A stretch of DNA of 64,000 nt from Candidatus Omnitrophota bacterium (GCA_043805415.1 JAZDHZ010000002.1:15773-79772); one strand, 5' to 3'; shown: positions 1-9,957, counted from the first letter of the stretch. Notes: generated from the sequence alone by a model not told the origin. Translations and numbers: made by a program.

Positions 1-1
1 G

Positions 2-859
2 CGCGGATTTACCGAAAAGTATATTAGACATCCGCATAAAACCGGATTAATTAAAAAAATAAAAGATGCTTACAATCAGATTGCCAAGGATAATGAACTG
101 GTAATTATCGAAGGCACCGGACATGCCGGAGTCGGCGGGGTTTTTGATTTATCCAATGCCTTTGTTGCCAAGCAATTGAAGAGCAAAGTGATTCTAATTT
201 CATCCGGCGGCATAGGCAAGCCGATTGATGAGATTCTGTTAAATAAAGCTTTGTTTGATCAAGAAGGCGTAGAGATAATCGGGGTTATTGTTAATAAGGT
301 TTTGCCGGAAAAATATAAAAAAGTCAATGAACTGGTACGCAAAGGATTAGCTCGAAAAGGGCTAAAGGTGCTTGGCGTTATTCCTTATGAAAAAGATTTA
401 ACCAAACCGATGATCGGACAGATTCAAGAAGAACTAAAAGCAAATGTTATCTACGGTTCCACTTTTATGGATAATGTGGTTGAAAAAATTGTAATCGGAG
501 CAATGGAGCCGCATGCTGCCTTAAACCATATTACGGATAAAAGTTTAGTTATTACTCCCGGTGACCGAGAGGATATTATTTTAACCGCGATTTGTATGCA
601 TCTTATTCACGGCGCTAATGGGCCTTCAGTATCCGGCTTAATTCTTACCGGCGGGATCAGTCCTCATCCATCGGTTTTAAAACTGATGAAATGCACGGAT
701 ATTCCGGTTCTCTTAGTTAAAGAGGATACGTATAGCGTTGCTTCACGTGTCCATGATCTGAGAATAAAAATAAAACCTCAGGATAAGACAAAGACAAATT
801 TAGTTATTGATTTGGTTAATAAATACGTGGATATGAATGCTATTGCCAGAAATTTATAA
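2..859 (+). CDS. 5'-truncated P-loop (CobQ/BioD-like) + DRTGG domain protein (phosphotransacetylase N-terminal-like)
   Basis: The frame is open from nt 2 upstream of the listed Met at 176; motifs LVIIEGTGHAGVGG and ILISSGGIGKPIDE; C-terminal DRTGG-like region; stop at 857-859. Confidence 0.55.
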   Translation, partial: RGFTEKYIRHPHKTGLIKKIKDAYNQIAKDNELVIIEGTGHAGVGGVFDLSNAFVAKQLKSKVILISSGGIGKPIDEILLNKALFDQEGVEIIGVIVNKVLPEKYKKVNELVRKGLARKGLKVLGVIPYEKDLTKPMIGQIQEELKANVIYGSTFMDNVVEKIVIGAMEPHAALNHITDKSLVITPGDREDIILTAICMHLIHGANGPSVSGLILTGGISPHPSVLKLMKCTDIPVLLVKEDTYSVASRVHDLRIKIKPQDKTKTNLVIDLVNKYVDMNAIARNL

Positions 860-969
860 GAAGAGGTTTAGGCTTAACTGCTGCTTAGTTTTTCTGAATT
901 AATCTCTCGCTGTTTTTCGATCAGAAGATCCATGCTTGGGATTATTTGCTTAAGGGACAGGATTTGACT

Positions 970-2052
970 ATGAAAATTTTAATTATCAATCCTTTTGGCA
1001 TTGGTGATGTTTTATTCAGCACGCCAGTTATTGCTGCTTTAAGGAAAAAGTTTCCGGACAGTTTTATTGCTTATGTTTGCAATGGTTCAACCGCGCCGAT
1101 TCTAGAAAATAATCCGGATATTGATCAGTTGTTGTTTTACAGCCGGGGCGATTTTAAAAAAATAAGGCGCGAATCTTTGGGAAGATATTTAAACGCTTTT
1201 ATCCAGGCTGTATTAAACTTGCGTAAAATTAAATTTGATCTTGCGATTGATTTATCCATGGTAATGCAGTACAGCCTGGTATTATGGCTAGTGGGCGTGC
1301 CTAAGCGCTTTGGTTTTGATTATAAAAATAGAGGCCGGTTTTTAACTGATAAAATCTCAGTCCAGGCTTTTAGCGATAAACATGTTGTTGATTATTATGC
1401 TGATTTATTAAAAAAAATCGGGATCAATGAGTTTAACCGCAATTTGAAATTTTATTTATCCTCAGATGATGATAAATGGGCGGGTAAGTATCTAAAAGAG
1501 CATATGATTAATTCTGCTGATCTGGTCGTGGGCCTGGCTCCTTTCGGCGGTTTAAGCTGGGGCGCGGATGCGGAGAATAAACAATGGCCGATTGATTCGT
1601 ATTATTTTATTGCTAAACATATAATCGAAAAACACAAAGCAAAAGTGATTTTATTCGGCACAAAAAAAGATTTGCCGAAAACCGGGCTGTTTAATCAGCT
1701 TAGTAAAAACAATGCCTTGATTAATGCCGTAGGCCAGACGAGTTTAGGTCAGCTGGCCGCTTTGCTCAGCAAATGCAAACTGTTTATTTGCAATGACAGC
1801 GGCCCTTTGCATATTGCCTGCGCGTTGGACATTAAAACAGTGTCGGTTTATGGTCCGGTGGATGAAAATGTTTATGGCCCGGTAGGCCAGGGGCAATCGC
1901 ATGATATTGTCTGCGCGGATATTGCGTGCCGTCCCTGTTATCAGAATTTTAAAAAACCGGTTTGCCAGACAATGAATTGCTTACAAATGCTGGCTAAAGA
2001 AAAGGTTTTAGCGGTTGTGGAAAAAGCGATTGAGCAAGGACGCGCTAAATAG
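970..2052 (+). CDS. GT9-family glycosyltransferase (ADP-heptose:LPS heptosyltransferase-like) with a Cys-rich C-terminal tail
   Basis: MKILIINPFGIGDVLFSTP N-terminus; GT9-type central and C-terminal motifs (FICNDSGPLHIA); ATG at 970 with an upstream purine-rich stretch; tail CADIACRPCYQNFKKPVCQTMNC. Confidence 0.8.
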   Translation: MKILIINPFGIGDVLFSTPVIAALRKKFPDSFIAYVCNGSTAPILENNPDIDQLLFYSRGDFKKIRRESLGRYLNAFIQAVLNLRKIKFDLAIDLSMVMQYSLVLWLVGVPKRFGFDYKNRGRFLTDKISVQAFSDKHVVDYYADLLKKIGINEFNRNLKFYLSSDDDKWAGKYLKEHMINSADLVVGLAPFGGLSWGADAENKQWPIDSYYFIAKHIIEKHKAKVILFGTKKDLPKTGLFNQLSKNNALINAVGQTSLGQLAALLSKCKLFICNDSGPLHIACALDIKTVSVYGPVDENVYGPVGQGQSHDIVCADIACRPCYQNFKKPVCQTMNCLQMLAKEKVLAVVEKAIEQGRAK

Positions 2053-2109
2053 CTGATGATTATTTATTCTAATAATAACTTTTGATTATGATTTAAGGAG
2101 ACTAAGAGT

Positions 2110-3231
2110 ATGCATGTTCCGTTTATAGATGTGAAATCGCAAAATAATCAGTTAAGGGATAAATCACTTGCCGGCTTAAAACGAGTTATGGATTCCGCTG
2201 ATTTTATCCTCGGAGCTGAAGTCAGAAATTTTGAACAGGAATTTGCCGCGTTTTGTAATGGTAAGTTTGCTTTAGGCGTTAACTCCGGAACAGATGCTTT
2301 ATTCCTAAGCTTATTAAGTTTAGGAATTGGCGCGGGCGATGAAGTGCTTTGTCCGGTTTATACTTATATCGCGACAGCGCTGAGCATTTCTTATACCGGA
2401 GCAAAGCCGGTGTTTGTCGATGTTGATCCGCGGACTTATAATATTGATCCGCGGCAGATTGAAAAAAAGATAACTAAGAAAACAAAAGCAATTATCGCGG
2501 TGCATCTTTACGGACAGCCGGCGAATATGCCGGAGATTAAACGCATAGCCAAAGCGCATAAACTTAAGGTCATCGAAGACGCGGCTCAGGCGCATGGCGC
2601 GGCAATTAGAAATAAAAAAAACCAATGGCAAAAAGTCGGAGTGATGGGTGATATCGGATGTTTTAGTTTTTATCCGACAAAAAATCTCGGGGGCTGCGGT
2701 GACGGAGGTCTGATTTTAACTGACAATAAACCGATTTATGAAAAACTGCATATGCTTCGCGATCAGGGCAGAAAAGGTAAGAATCGCTATCTGCATTTTG
2801 TGATTGGTTATAATTCACGGCTTGATTCTTTGCAGGCTGTTATCCTGCGCGAGAAACTGAAAATGTTAAATACCTGGAATGAGTTAAGAATAAAAAGCGC
2901 GCGGCTTTATTCAGAACTATTAAAAGACCAGTCAGCGATTGTGACTCCTCAAGTCCTGGAAAACTATCGCCATGTTTATCATATTTATCCTATTTTAGTC
3001 AAAGCCCGAGATATCGCGCAAAAAAAACTTTCGGCAAAAAATATCAGTACCGGGATTGTTTATCATAAACCGCTTCATTTGCAGGCGGCCTATAAACCGC
3101 TGGGTTATAAAAAAGGCGATTTTCCGGTAGCCGAATCAATCGCAGAGAAAATTCTATGTTTGCCCATGCACGCGCATCTTAGTAAAACCCAAGTAGAGTA
3201 TGTTGTGGAAAATTTAAACCAAATAATCTGA
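2110..3231 (+). CDS. DegT/DnrJ/EryC1/StrS-family PLP-dependent sugar aminotransferase
   Basis: RBS aaggag; family-typical N-terminus and FYPTKNLG...GDGG...RDQG motifs. Confidence 0.85.
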   Translation: MHVPFIDVKSQNNQLRDKSLAGLKRVMDSADFILGAEVRNFEQEFAAFCNGKFALGVNSGTDALFLSLLSLGIGAGDEVLCPVYTYIATALSISYTGAKPVFVDVDPRTYNIDPRQIEKKITKKTKAIIAVHLYGQPANMPEIKRIAKAHKLKVIEDAAQAHGAAIRNKKNQWQKVGVMGDIGCFSFYPTKNLGGCGDGGLILTDNKPIYEKLHMLRDQGRKGKNRYLHFVIGYNSRLDSLQAVILREKLKMLNTWNELRIKSARLYSELLKDQSAIVTPQVLENYRHVYHIYPILVKARDIAQKKLSAKNISTGIVYHKPLHLQAAYKPLGYKKGDFPVAESIAEKILCLPMHAHLSKTQVEYVVENLNQII

Positions 3232-3252
3232 GTTTAAAAAAAAGGAGTGTAA

Positions 3253-4185
3253 ATGGAATCAAAAGAAATCATTAGTAAATTAATCGCCAATATTGAAAAA
3301 GTTATTATCGGCAAGCGGGAAGCCGTGGAACTCTGTCTGGCTACGCTGATAAGCCGCGGCCATATTCTGATTGAAGATGTTCCCGGTCTGGGCAAAACAA
3401 TGTTAGCCCGGGCGATTGCCTTGTCGATAAACGCGGATTTTAAACGTTTGCAGTTTACTCCGGATATTTTACCTTCGGATATTACCGGAGTTTCGATTTA
3501 TAATCAAAAGACGCAGGAATTTGAACCGCGGCCCGGTCCGATATTTGCTAATATTGTTCTGGCTGATGAGATCAATCGGACAACTCCGAGAACCCAGTCA
3601 GGATTGCTGGAATGTATGCAAGAAGGCAAGGTTACTATCGATGGGGTGAGCTATCCGCTTCCGGTTCCTTTTTTTGTTATTGCCACGGAAAATCCAATTG
3701 AATTTCAAGGCACATATCCTTTGCCCGAGGCCCAGATGGATAGATTTCTCATGTGCATCAGTATCGGATATCCCAGTGCTGAAGAGGAGAATATGATTGT
3801 GCAAAGGCAGGTAAAAAATCATCCGATAGAAAATATGAAAAGCGTAGTTGATTTAGACCAAATTAAATTATTGCAGGAAAAAGTAACGACAGTTCATATC
3901 TCCCCGGAAATAATGAGCTTTATTACCACAATTGTTCGGGCAACCCGAATGCATCCGGAGATTTTATTAGGAGCTAGCCCTCGAGGTTCTTTGGCCTTGA
4001 TGCAGGCAAGCCGGGCAATTGCCTTAATTGATGGCAGAGATTTTGTTATTCCCGATGATGTGAAGAAAATGGCATTTTTTACTTTAGGGCACAGGATTGT
4101 TTTAAAAACCGAGGCTCAGGTAGAAGGAGTAACAAAACAAAAGGTGATTACTGAGGTTTTACGCAGTGTTGCTGTACCGCTTTAA
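3253..4185 (+). CDS. MoxR-family AAA+ ATPase
   Basis: Walker A GLGKT; ADEINR and ATENPIE motifs typical of MoxR. Confidence 0.9.
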   Translation: MESKEIISKLIANIEKVIIGKREAVELCLATLISRGHILIEDVPGLGKTMLARAIALSINADFKRLQFTPDILPSDITGVSIYNQKTQEFEPRPGPIFANIVLADEINRTTPRTQSGLLECMQEGKVTIDGVSYPLPVPFFVIATENPIEFQGTYPLPEAQMDRFLMCISIGYPSAEEENMIVQRQVKNHPIENMKSVVDLDQIKLLQEKVTTVHISPEIMSFITTIVRATRMHPEILLGASPRGSLALMQASRAIALIDGRDFVIPDDVKKMAFFTLGHRIVLKTEAQVEGVTKQKVITEVLRSVAVPL

Positions 4186-4194
4186 AGGATAATT

Positions 4195-5421
4195 ATGCCG
4201 ACAAAAAGAGCAATATTTGTATTTTGTTTTGCCTTGCTGCTTTTGATTGGAGCCTGGGCCAGCAAACTTGTGCTGCTTTATTTTGCTTTTTCCGCTTGTA
4301 GCGGACTGATGATTTTAAGTTTTATTTTTTCTAAATTTCTCTTATTTAATCTTGAACTTAAACGAGAAATGCCGGAACAGGCTTATGAAGGAGAAATCAT
4401 CTCAGTGCAAATCAAGCTGCGCAGCCGGATTGCTTTGCTTGATCAGTCCCTAGAATTAGAGGATGTATTTACAGCCGCAGGCCCTAATCCTAAACCAAAA
4501 ATTTTATATCTGAACGGGATTTCGAAAGGGAAAATCCAGTTTTCCTATCAAGAGTTTTGCTATAAACGCGGCCAGTATAAAATTGGACCTTTCCGCGCTA
4601 AAATCTTTGATCCTTTGGGTTTGTTTTACATGCAAAAAGAAATTTCGATATATTCGTCATTAGTTGTTTATCCGAGTATTTTTCAGGTTTATAATCTGCC
4701 GTTTATCCTCGGTCATTTAGCGCCGCGATTCGGCGAACAAACAACTAGAATAAGCGGAAATTATGAGGAATTTTACGGGATTAGGGAATATCAGCAGGAA
4801 GACGGCTGGCGCAGGATTCATTGGCGCTCGACTGCTCGGACAGCACAGTTGATGGTCAAACATTTTGAGCAAAGTTCGCAATGGAAAGCAATGCTTGTTC
4901 TTGACGGCTATAAAGCAAACAATGTGGGTTTTGGTAAAGCTAATACTTTTGAGTATTCCATAAAGATCATCGCTTCATTGGCCAAACATCTGATGCTTAA
5001 AAACGCGTCTTTTGGCCTCTTAGCCAATACCAAGAACCCGGTGCAGATTAATATGAGCAAAGGCAAAAACCATTATTATAAAATTCTCGAGAAACTGTCG
5101 GTTATTGAGCCTGATGGTTTGATCAATGCGCACAGCTTGCTTGCTAAGTATCAATGGCTGCTGCCGGATAGTTCCAGTCTTATTATTGCTTCCAATAATT
5201 TTGATCAGGGCTTGCTCAAATTCTTAAGTTATTTAAAAATTCAAAAGAATATCGGAATTATTCCTGTGGTCTTAAATTCAGATTCTTTTGCCGTAGACAA
5301 ACAATTGAAACCTGTTTTTGCTCAAAAGACAAAACAGATAAAAAATGTCTTTAATCAGATTACGGCGCAGGTCTATGTGATTAATTGCCAGGATGATTTA
5401 AAAATGCATTTTATGAGATAA
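4195..5421 (+). CDS. DUF58 (vWA-like) protein, MoxR partner
   Basis: GIREYQQEDGWRRIHWRSTAR motif; N-terminal TM segment; adjacent to MoxR. Confidence 0.8.
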   Translation: MPTKRAIFVFCFALLLLIGAWASKLVLLYFAFSACSGLMILSFIFSKFLLFNLELKREMPEQAYEGEIISVQIKLRSRIALLDQSLELEDVFTAAGPNPKPKILYLNGISKGKIQFSYQEFCYKRGQYKIGPFRAKIFDPLGLFYMQKEISIYSSLVVYPSIFQVYNLPFILGHLAPRFGEQTTRISGNYEEFYGIREYQQEDGWRRIHWRSTARTAQLMVKHFEQSSQWKAMLVLDGYKANNVGFGKANTFEYSIKIIASLAKHLMLKNASFGLLANTKNPVQINMSKGKNHYYKILEKLSVIEPDGLINAHSLLAKYQWLLPDSSSLIIASNNFDQGLLKFLSYLKIQKNIGIIPVVLNSDSFAVDKQLKPVFAQKTKQIKNVFNQITAQVYVINCQDDLKMHFMR

Positions 5422-5423
5422 TT

Positions 5424-8378
5424 ATGAAGGATAATCGATTGCGGTCTTTATATTACGGGTTTACATTTTTATTATGCGCTTGCGCCGGTTTATCGGCTGA
5501 GGCATTAATCGGTAAATTGTATTTCAGTATATTTTTACTGGGTTGTGGTCTGGGTATTTTATTTAGTTCCCAGGCGACTATTGATACTAAAAAAAACCTG
5601 CGTAATATTTTTGGTTGGATATTATTGATCGGCCTGCCGGTTTTTTTCTGGAAAATTCCTTTGCAGCAGTCCACATTACCCAATCTGATTAAAATATTCA
5701 TTCTATTAATTATTGCTAGTTGCTATATAATTGAAAATGCTTCGATGCTTAGCCTGGTTCATTTTGAATGTATTTTTATAACGATTTTTTCCGCCTGTTT
5801 GCCGTTTATTATTCATCCGCGTTATCAGGTAGCACTTTTCAGTTTGGGTTTATTTCTGATTGTTGTTTTGCTGCAAATAACCCAGATAAGATTTTCAGCA
5901 GACAATCAGGCCAGTCAATATGTAATTACTAATGTAAGTATTCCCCGAAGATTTATTTTATCGTTTATGCTCTGCTTGGCGATAATCGGCATCGGCAGTC
6001 TGATTTTTTTTATTGTGCCTAAATATTCTTTCCAGCTGGATTTTGATCTGCAGGGATCTTCTTTTGTTGATTTTAAATTAAAACCCAAAAGCAATCTGCG
6101 TTTAATGATGCCTTATCAAAGCGGGGAAAAAGAACTTTCCCAGGATCAGGTAGTGCCTTATGTTCGTTCTCTGTTTGTTAAACCAAACAAAGATGAAAAC
6201 TTAATGTCTTTTGAAGCAAATAAATGGAAACAGCCTTTAATTATAAAAGAAAAGAAAAAAGAGAAAATAATCAATTCAAGTATTAAACAAGGTAATAATA
6301 AAAAAGGATTAGTTTCTGAAGGTAAGGATATTAGCAGTGATGATAAACAAGAAGCGCTTTTAACTAAAGTCTTGGATAATCCGAATGCTAAACTCCAGAG
6401 CCAGATTAAAAATCTGGAAAATAAAATAGCTAAAGATAAGAAATTATATGATTTTTTAAGTTTTATGGGAAGGGATGATCCGATTCAGGCTGGAAGAGCA
6501 AACCAAATAGCGCAAACCATAAAACAAGAACAGCAAAAGCTGGGAAGACTAAAGAAGGAAGTTAATCAGAACCAGGGACAAAGCGAAGATGCGCGGCCAG
6601 CCGATAATCAAGGCTCAGGCAAGATTGGATTTTTAGCTAAGCTCGCTGGTTTTGGTAAAAATAATGATGAAAAAGAAAGCCAAGACGGAAATGATTCAGG
6701 AGAACAAGGAGCAGGCGAAAGTAAACAGGGCAAAGGCGAGGGAAGTGAGGGAAGCGGAGAGGGCAGCGGTAAAGGAGCCCAAGGCAGCGGTGAAGGCGCA
6801 GAAGGCGCGGGAAAAGGTAATGACGGCAGTGGTGTAGGTGAAGAAGGCGCGGGAAAAGGTAAGGACGGCAGTGGTGCAGGTGAAGAAGGCGCGGGAAAAA
6901 ATAATGACGGCAGTGGTGAGGGTGCGGATGGTGCAGGAAAAGGTAAGGATGGCACTAGTGAAGGTGCGGATGGAATCGGCCAAGGCGATGACGGAACTAT
7001 GCAAGGCGAACAAGGCACCAGTTACGGCAAACAATCAGAAAATAAAGAAAAAGATAATGGAGAAAATTTAGCTAAAAATAATTCAGAGAATCAATCTGAT
7101 TCAAATAGCAACAATAATGCGGAACAAATTTCTCAAGACCAGAACAGCCAGAGTTCAGAATCTGGACAGGGCGATGCTTCTTCGGAAAATCAGCAAGATG
7201 GAAAATCCGAGCAATCGCAAGATAGTAAAAATCCAGATGCCGCAGAACAAAAAACATCGCAGCCAGACTCAAAACAAAATGATAATTCTGACCAAAAAGA
7301 AGTAAATGATGAAAAAGGAGACTTTCCTGGTGTTGGCGGCGGAACAAATAGTAATGATAATAAAGGAGAATCTCAGGGATCCGGGGCAGGAGGTAAAAAA
7401 GGCGGGACTCAAGGAGGAGATTCAGCAGGATCTGCTAGCGGCGGCAAAGGCAAAGCAGATGGAGCCTCTAAGGGATCTGGCGGAGCAGGAACTGCCGGAG
7501 GCCAGGGAGATGACAAAGGCGCGGGCAGTGAAGGCAATGCTCCACAAGGAAATGGTACTGGTAAATCGGATTCTCCTGGAGAAAATGAGAAAGATGAAGC
7601 TAAAGACAGTAAAGGCAGTTCTGAGTCAGCAGGCGGGACTAAACATGAAAAACAGGGGAATACAACCTTAACCAGCTATCTTTTTAAATTTGAAGATAAA
7701 CCATTATCCTCTTTTAGAAAGTGGATAGCAGCGATTGCCAGAGGCAATGTTCCCAAAAAGGAGTTGAGCTCTCTGGTTAAAAAAAATCAGGAAAAACCAG
7801 ATAAACAGGATCAAATAAAAGAACATAAAAAACCTAAACAAAAAAAACTGGAAGAACCTGCTGTTGTTAATCCAGAGCCTTTATCCGAAGAAAAAACAGC
7901 TGATTCAAGCAATAACTTTTTCTGGTATTTATTTATATTTTTTGCTGTATTATTCTGCGGGGGGATTTGCTGGGCTTGTTTGTATCTGATTTTCTGTATT
8001 ATAAGAAAAATTTCCCGGGATTTAAAATTACGCTATCTTTTAGTATTTAAATTAAACCAGATTATTTTTTATTTATACAGAAATCTTTTATTTGTGTTTA
8101 AGAAAACGGGATTAATTTCGCAAGAGTTTCTGACCCCTAAGGAAATCGGGAATATCGCAGTGAAAAAATATAATATATCGAAAGAAGCAATTGACGCAAT
8201 AACCAATGTTTTTGAGCAGTCGCGTTACAGTAATCATAAAATCGATGTGAATAATATTAGTGCTTGTATTAAGGCGTATAATGCGCTAAAAATAGATATA
8301 ATTAAAGATAATACTTTATTAAAAAAACTTAGTCTGAAATTAGATATGCTGAGTGTGAAAAATCGGAGAAAATCATGA
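5424..8378 (+). CDS. Multi-pass membrane protein with a ~500-aa low-complexity insert and a C-terminal DUF4129-like domain (third member of the MoxR/DUF58 operon)
   Basis: N-terminal TM helices; G/S/E/K/D/N/Q-rich stretch aa ~270-770; C-terminal TM then ...FLTPKEIGNIAVKKY...VFEQSRYSNH, which resembles DUF4129; ATGA overlap with trxB. Confidence 0.6.
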   Translation: MKDNRLRSLYYGFTFLLCACAGLSAEALIGKLYFSIFLLGCGLGILFSSQATIDTKKNLRNIFGWILLIGLPVFFWKIPLQQSTLPNLIKIFILLIIASCYIIENASMLSLVHFECIFITIFSACLPFIIHPRYQVALFSLGLFLIVVLLQITQIRFSADNQASQYVITNVSIPRRFILSFMLCLAIIGIGSLIFFIVPKYSFQLDFDLQGSSFVDFKLKPKSNLRLMMPYQSGEKELSQDQVVPYVRSLFVKPNKDENLMSFEANKWKQPLIIKEKKKEKIINSSIKQGNNKKGLVSEGKDISSDDKQEALLTKVLDNPNAKLQSQIKNLENKIAKDKKLYDFLSFMGRDDPIQAGRANQIAQTIKQEQQKLGRLKKEVNQNQGQSEDARPADNQGSGKIGFLAKLAGFGKNNDEKESQDGNDSGEQGAGESKQGKGEGSEGSGEGSGKGAQGSGEGAEGAGKGNDGSGVGEEGAGKGKDGSGAGEEGAGKNNDGSGEGADGAGKGKDGTSEGADGIGQGDDGTMQGEQGTSYGKQSENKEKDNGENLAKNNSENQSDSNSNNNAEQISQDQNSQSSESGQGDASSENQQDGKSEQSQDSKNPDAAEQKTSQPDSKQNDNSDQKEVNDEKGDFPGVGGGTNSNDNKGESQGSGAGGKKGGTQGGDSAGSASGGKGKADGASKGSGGAGTAGGQGDDKGAGSEGNAPQGNGTGKSDSPGENEKDEAKDSKGSSESAGGTKHEKQGNTTLTSYLFKFEDKPLSSFRKWIAAIARGNVPKKELSSLVKKNQEKPDKQDQIKEHKKPKQKKLEEPAVVNPEPLSEEKTADSSNNFFWYLFIFFAVLFCGGICWACLYLIFCIIRKISRDLKLRYLLVFKLNQIIFYLYRNLLFVFKKTGLISQEFLTPKEIGNIAVKKYNISKEAIDAITNVFEQSRYSNHKIDVNNISACIKAYNALKIDIIKDNTLLKKLSLKLDMLSVKNRRKS
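6801..6960 (+). repeat. In-frame 42-nt (14-aa) tandem repeat, ~3.8 copies (EGAGKG[NK]DGSG[VA]GE), with degenerate copies flanking (~6760-6990)
   Basis: gaaggcgcgggaaaaggtaa[t/g]gacggcagtggtg[t/c]aggtgaa is repeated head-to-tail. Confidence 0.75.
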
Positions 8379-9280
8379 TTTTTGATCTTATTATTATCGG
8401 TGCCGGGCCGGCAGGGTTAACTGCTTGTTTGTACGCGCTGCGTTCGCGTTTAAATGTTTTGCTGATTGATAAAACCGCGCCCGGCGGTTATCTTGGACAA
8501 ATAATTGATTTAGAAAATTATCCCGGATTTGAGCTGATTTCCGGATTTGAATTAGCCGAGAATATACTCAAACAATTGAAAAAATACGATTATCAATATA
8601 AACAGCTGGCAGCAGAAAAAATTAAAAAAGTTGATGACTTGTGGAATGTAATCAGCGCGGATCAAGTCTTGGTCGCGAAAACATTGATCATTGCTACTGG
8701 TTCATCTTCGCGTAAATTGGGGGTTGAGGGAGAACAGGAATTTATTGGCAAAGGCGTGTCTTATTGCGGAGTTTGCGACGCTCCTTTCTTTCGGGATAAA
8801 GATGTGGTTGTGATCGGCGGCGGCAATACTGCTTTAGAAGAAGCAATCTATCTTACTAAGTTTGCCAATAAGGTTAGAATTGTTCACCGGCGCCAAGGTT
8901 TACGCGCGGACAAGGTTTTAGAAGACAAAGCCAGAGCAAATAAAAAAATAGAATTTATTTTAAATGCTGTTTGTACAAAAATCAGCGGGAAAAATACGGT
9001 TGAGCAAATTAATATCCAAGATGTTAATACCAAAAAACAAGAGACGCTCCAAACTCAAGGAGTGTTTGTTTTTGTCGGGATGAACCCCGAAACTGAATTT
9101 TTAAATGATTTGCTTGAAAAAGATGAATCAGGTTATATCCGGACTAATAAGGATTTATCTACCAGTGAAATGGGGATTTTTGTTTGCGGCGATTGTGGGG
9201 ATATTCCGCTTCGCCAGGTAATTACGGCTTGCGGGCAAGGAGCAATTGCCGCGCATTCAGCAAGTAAATATTTAGAGTAG
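8375..9280 (+). CDS. trxB: thioredoxin-disulfide reductase
   Basis: IIGAGPAG FAD motif; redox-active CGVCDAPFF; VIGGGNTA NADPH motif. Confidence 0.9.
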   Translation: MIFDLIIIGAGPAGLTACLYALRSRLNVLLIDKTAPGGYLGQIIDLENYPGFELISGFELAENILKQLKKYDYQYKQLAAEKIKKVDDLWNVISADQVLVAKTLIIATGSSSRKLGVEGEQEFIGKGVSYCGVCDAPFFRDKDVVVIGGGNTALEEAIYLTKFANKVRIVHRRQGLRADKVLEDKARANKKIEFILNAVCTKISGKNTVEQINIQDVNTKKQETLQTQGVFVFVGMNPETEFLNDLLEKDESGYIRTNKDLSTSEMGIFVCGDCGDIPLRQVITACGQGAIAAHSASKYLE

Positions 9281-9287
9281 GTTAATC

Positions 9288-9758
9288 ATGTTGAAAATTT
9301 TAATCAATAAAAATCCTTTATTGCGCAAAACATCGAATAAGCTTGAGAAAATAACCGCGCAAGATAAGCATATTTTAAACCAAATGCTTGAGTTTATGTA
9401 TCTAAAAAAAGGCATTGGCCTGGCTGCGGTGCAAGTTGGTATTTTAAAGCAAATGATAACCATTGATATCGGCCAGGGCCCAATTGTATTGATTAATCCG
9501 CGGATAATTAAGCGAAAAGGCAAAAAAGTCGCGATAGAAGAAGGGTGTTTAAGTCTTCCTGGTATCATGGTTAAAGTATCTCGTCCTGCTCAAGTAGTTG
9601 TACAAGCAATGGATATTTCGGGTGATAAAATCCAAATTGAAGCCAGTGATTTATTAGCGCGGGTATTGCAGCATGAAATAGATCATCTTAAGGGGCGATT
9701 GATTATTGACTACCTGCCTTGGCATAAACGTATTGGCTTAAAATGTCAAATATCATAA
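9288..9758 (+). CDS. def: peptide deformylase
   Basis: GIGLAAVQVG, EGCLSLPG and HEIDHLKG motifs. Confidence 0.9.
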   Translation: MLKILINKNPLLRKTSNKLEKITAQDKHILNQMLEFMYLKKGIGLAAVQVGILKQMITIDIGQGPIVLINPRIIKRKGKKVAIEEGCLSLPGIMVKVSRPAQVVVQAMDISGDKIQIEASDLLARVLQHEIDHLKGRLIIDYLPWHKRIGLKCQIS

Positions 9759-9895
9759 TCTGTTTTGCTGCAGCATGTTACAAATTATTTTCTTTTTTGT
9801 CCATGGGTTTAAATCATTTTAAATAAAAGCTAATTTAATCAGCGGATTTGTGCAAAGCGCTTTTGCTATAAAGTTGTTTATTTAAAGTATGTTAC

Positions 9896-9925
9896 AGGGT
9901 TTACATTTGAAAAACTTTGTGATAG
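9896..9925 (+). promoter_or_regulatory. sigma70-like promoter for rpsO-pnp (TTTACA - 17 nt - TGaTAGAAT extended -10)
   Basis: Read directly from the sequence upstream of the rpsO RBS aaaggaggtg. Confidence 0.4.
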
Positions 9926-9957
9926 AATATGGAAAATTGAAAGGAGGTGAAAAATTA

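Noticed and set aside
2320-2631. 103-aa minus-strand ORF
   Set aside because: It is embedded antisense within the well-supported DegT aminotransferase gene and has no RBS or motif.
6801-6960. Regularly spaced 42-nt repeats that could be mistaken for a CRISPR array
   Set aside because: The repeats are directly adjacent with no spacers, are in-frame coding and are imperfect. No cas genes are present.
6608-7071. Several ORFs on both strands (minus 6608..7018 and 6696..7034; plus 6652..6837 and 6838..7071) with P/S-rich or K/A/V-rich products
   Set aside because: They lie entirely within the tandem-repeat/low-complexity region of the 984-aa gene. Repetitive GC-richer codons keep alternative frames open, so these are artefacts.
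7072-7671. Alternative-frame ORFs 7117..7305, 7306..7671 and minus-strand 7072..7347
   Set aside because: They lie inside the disordered segment of the 984-aa gene. Their A/K/E-rich translations are typical frame artefacts.
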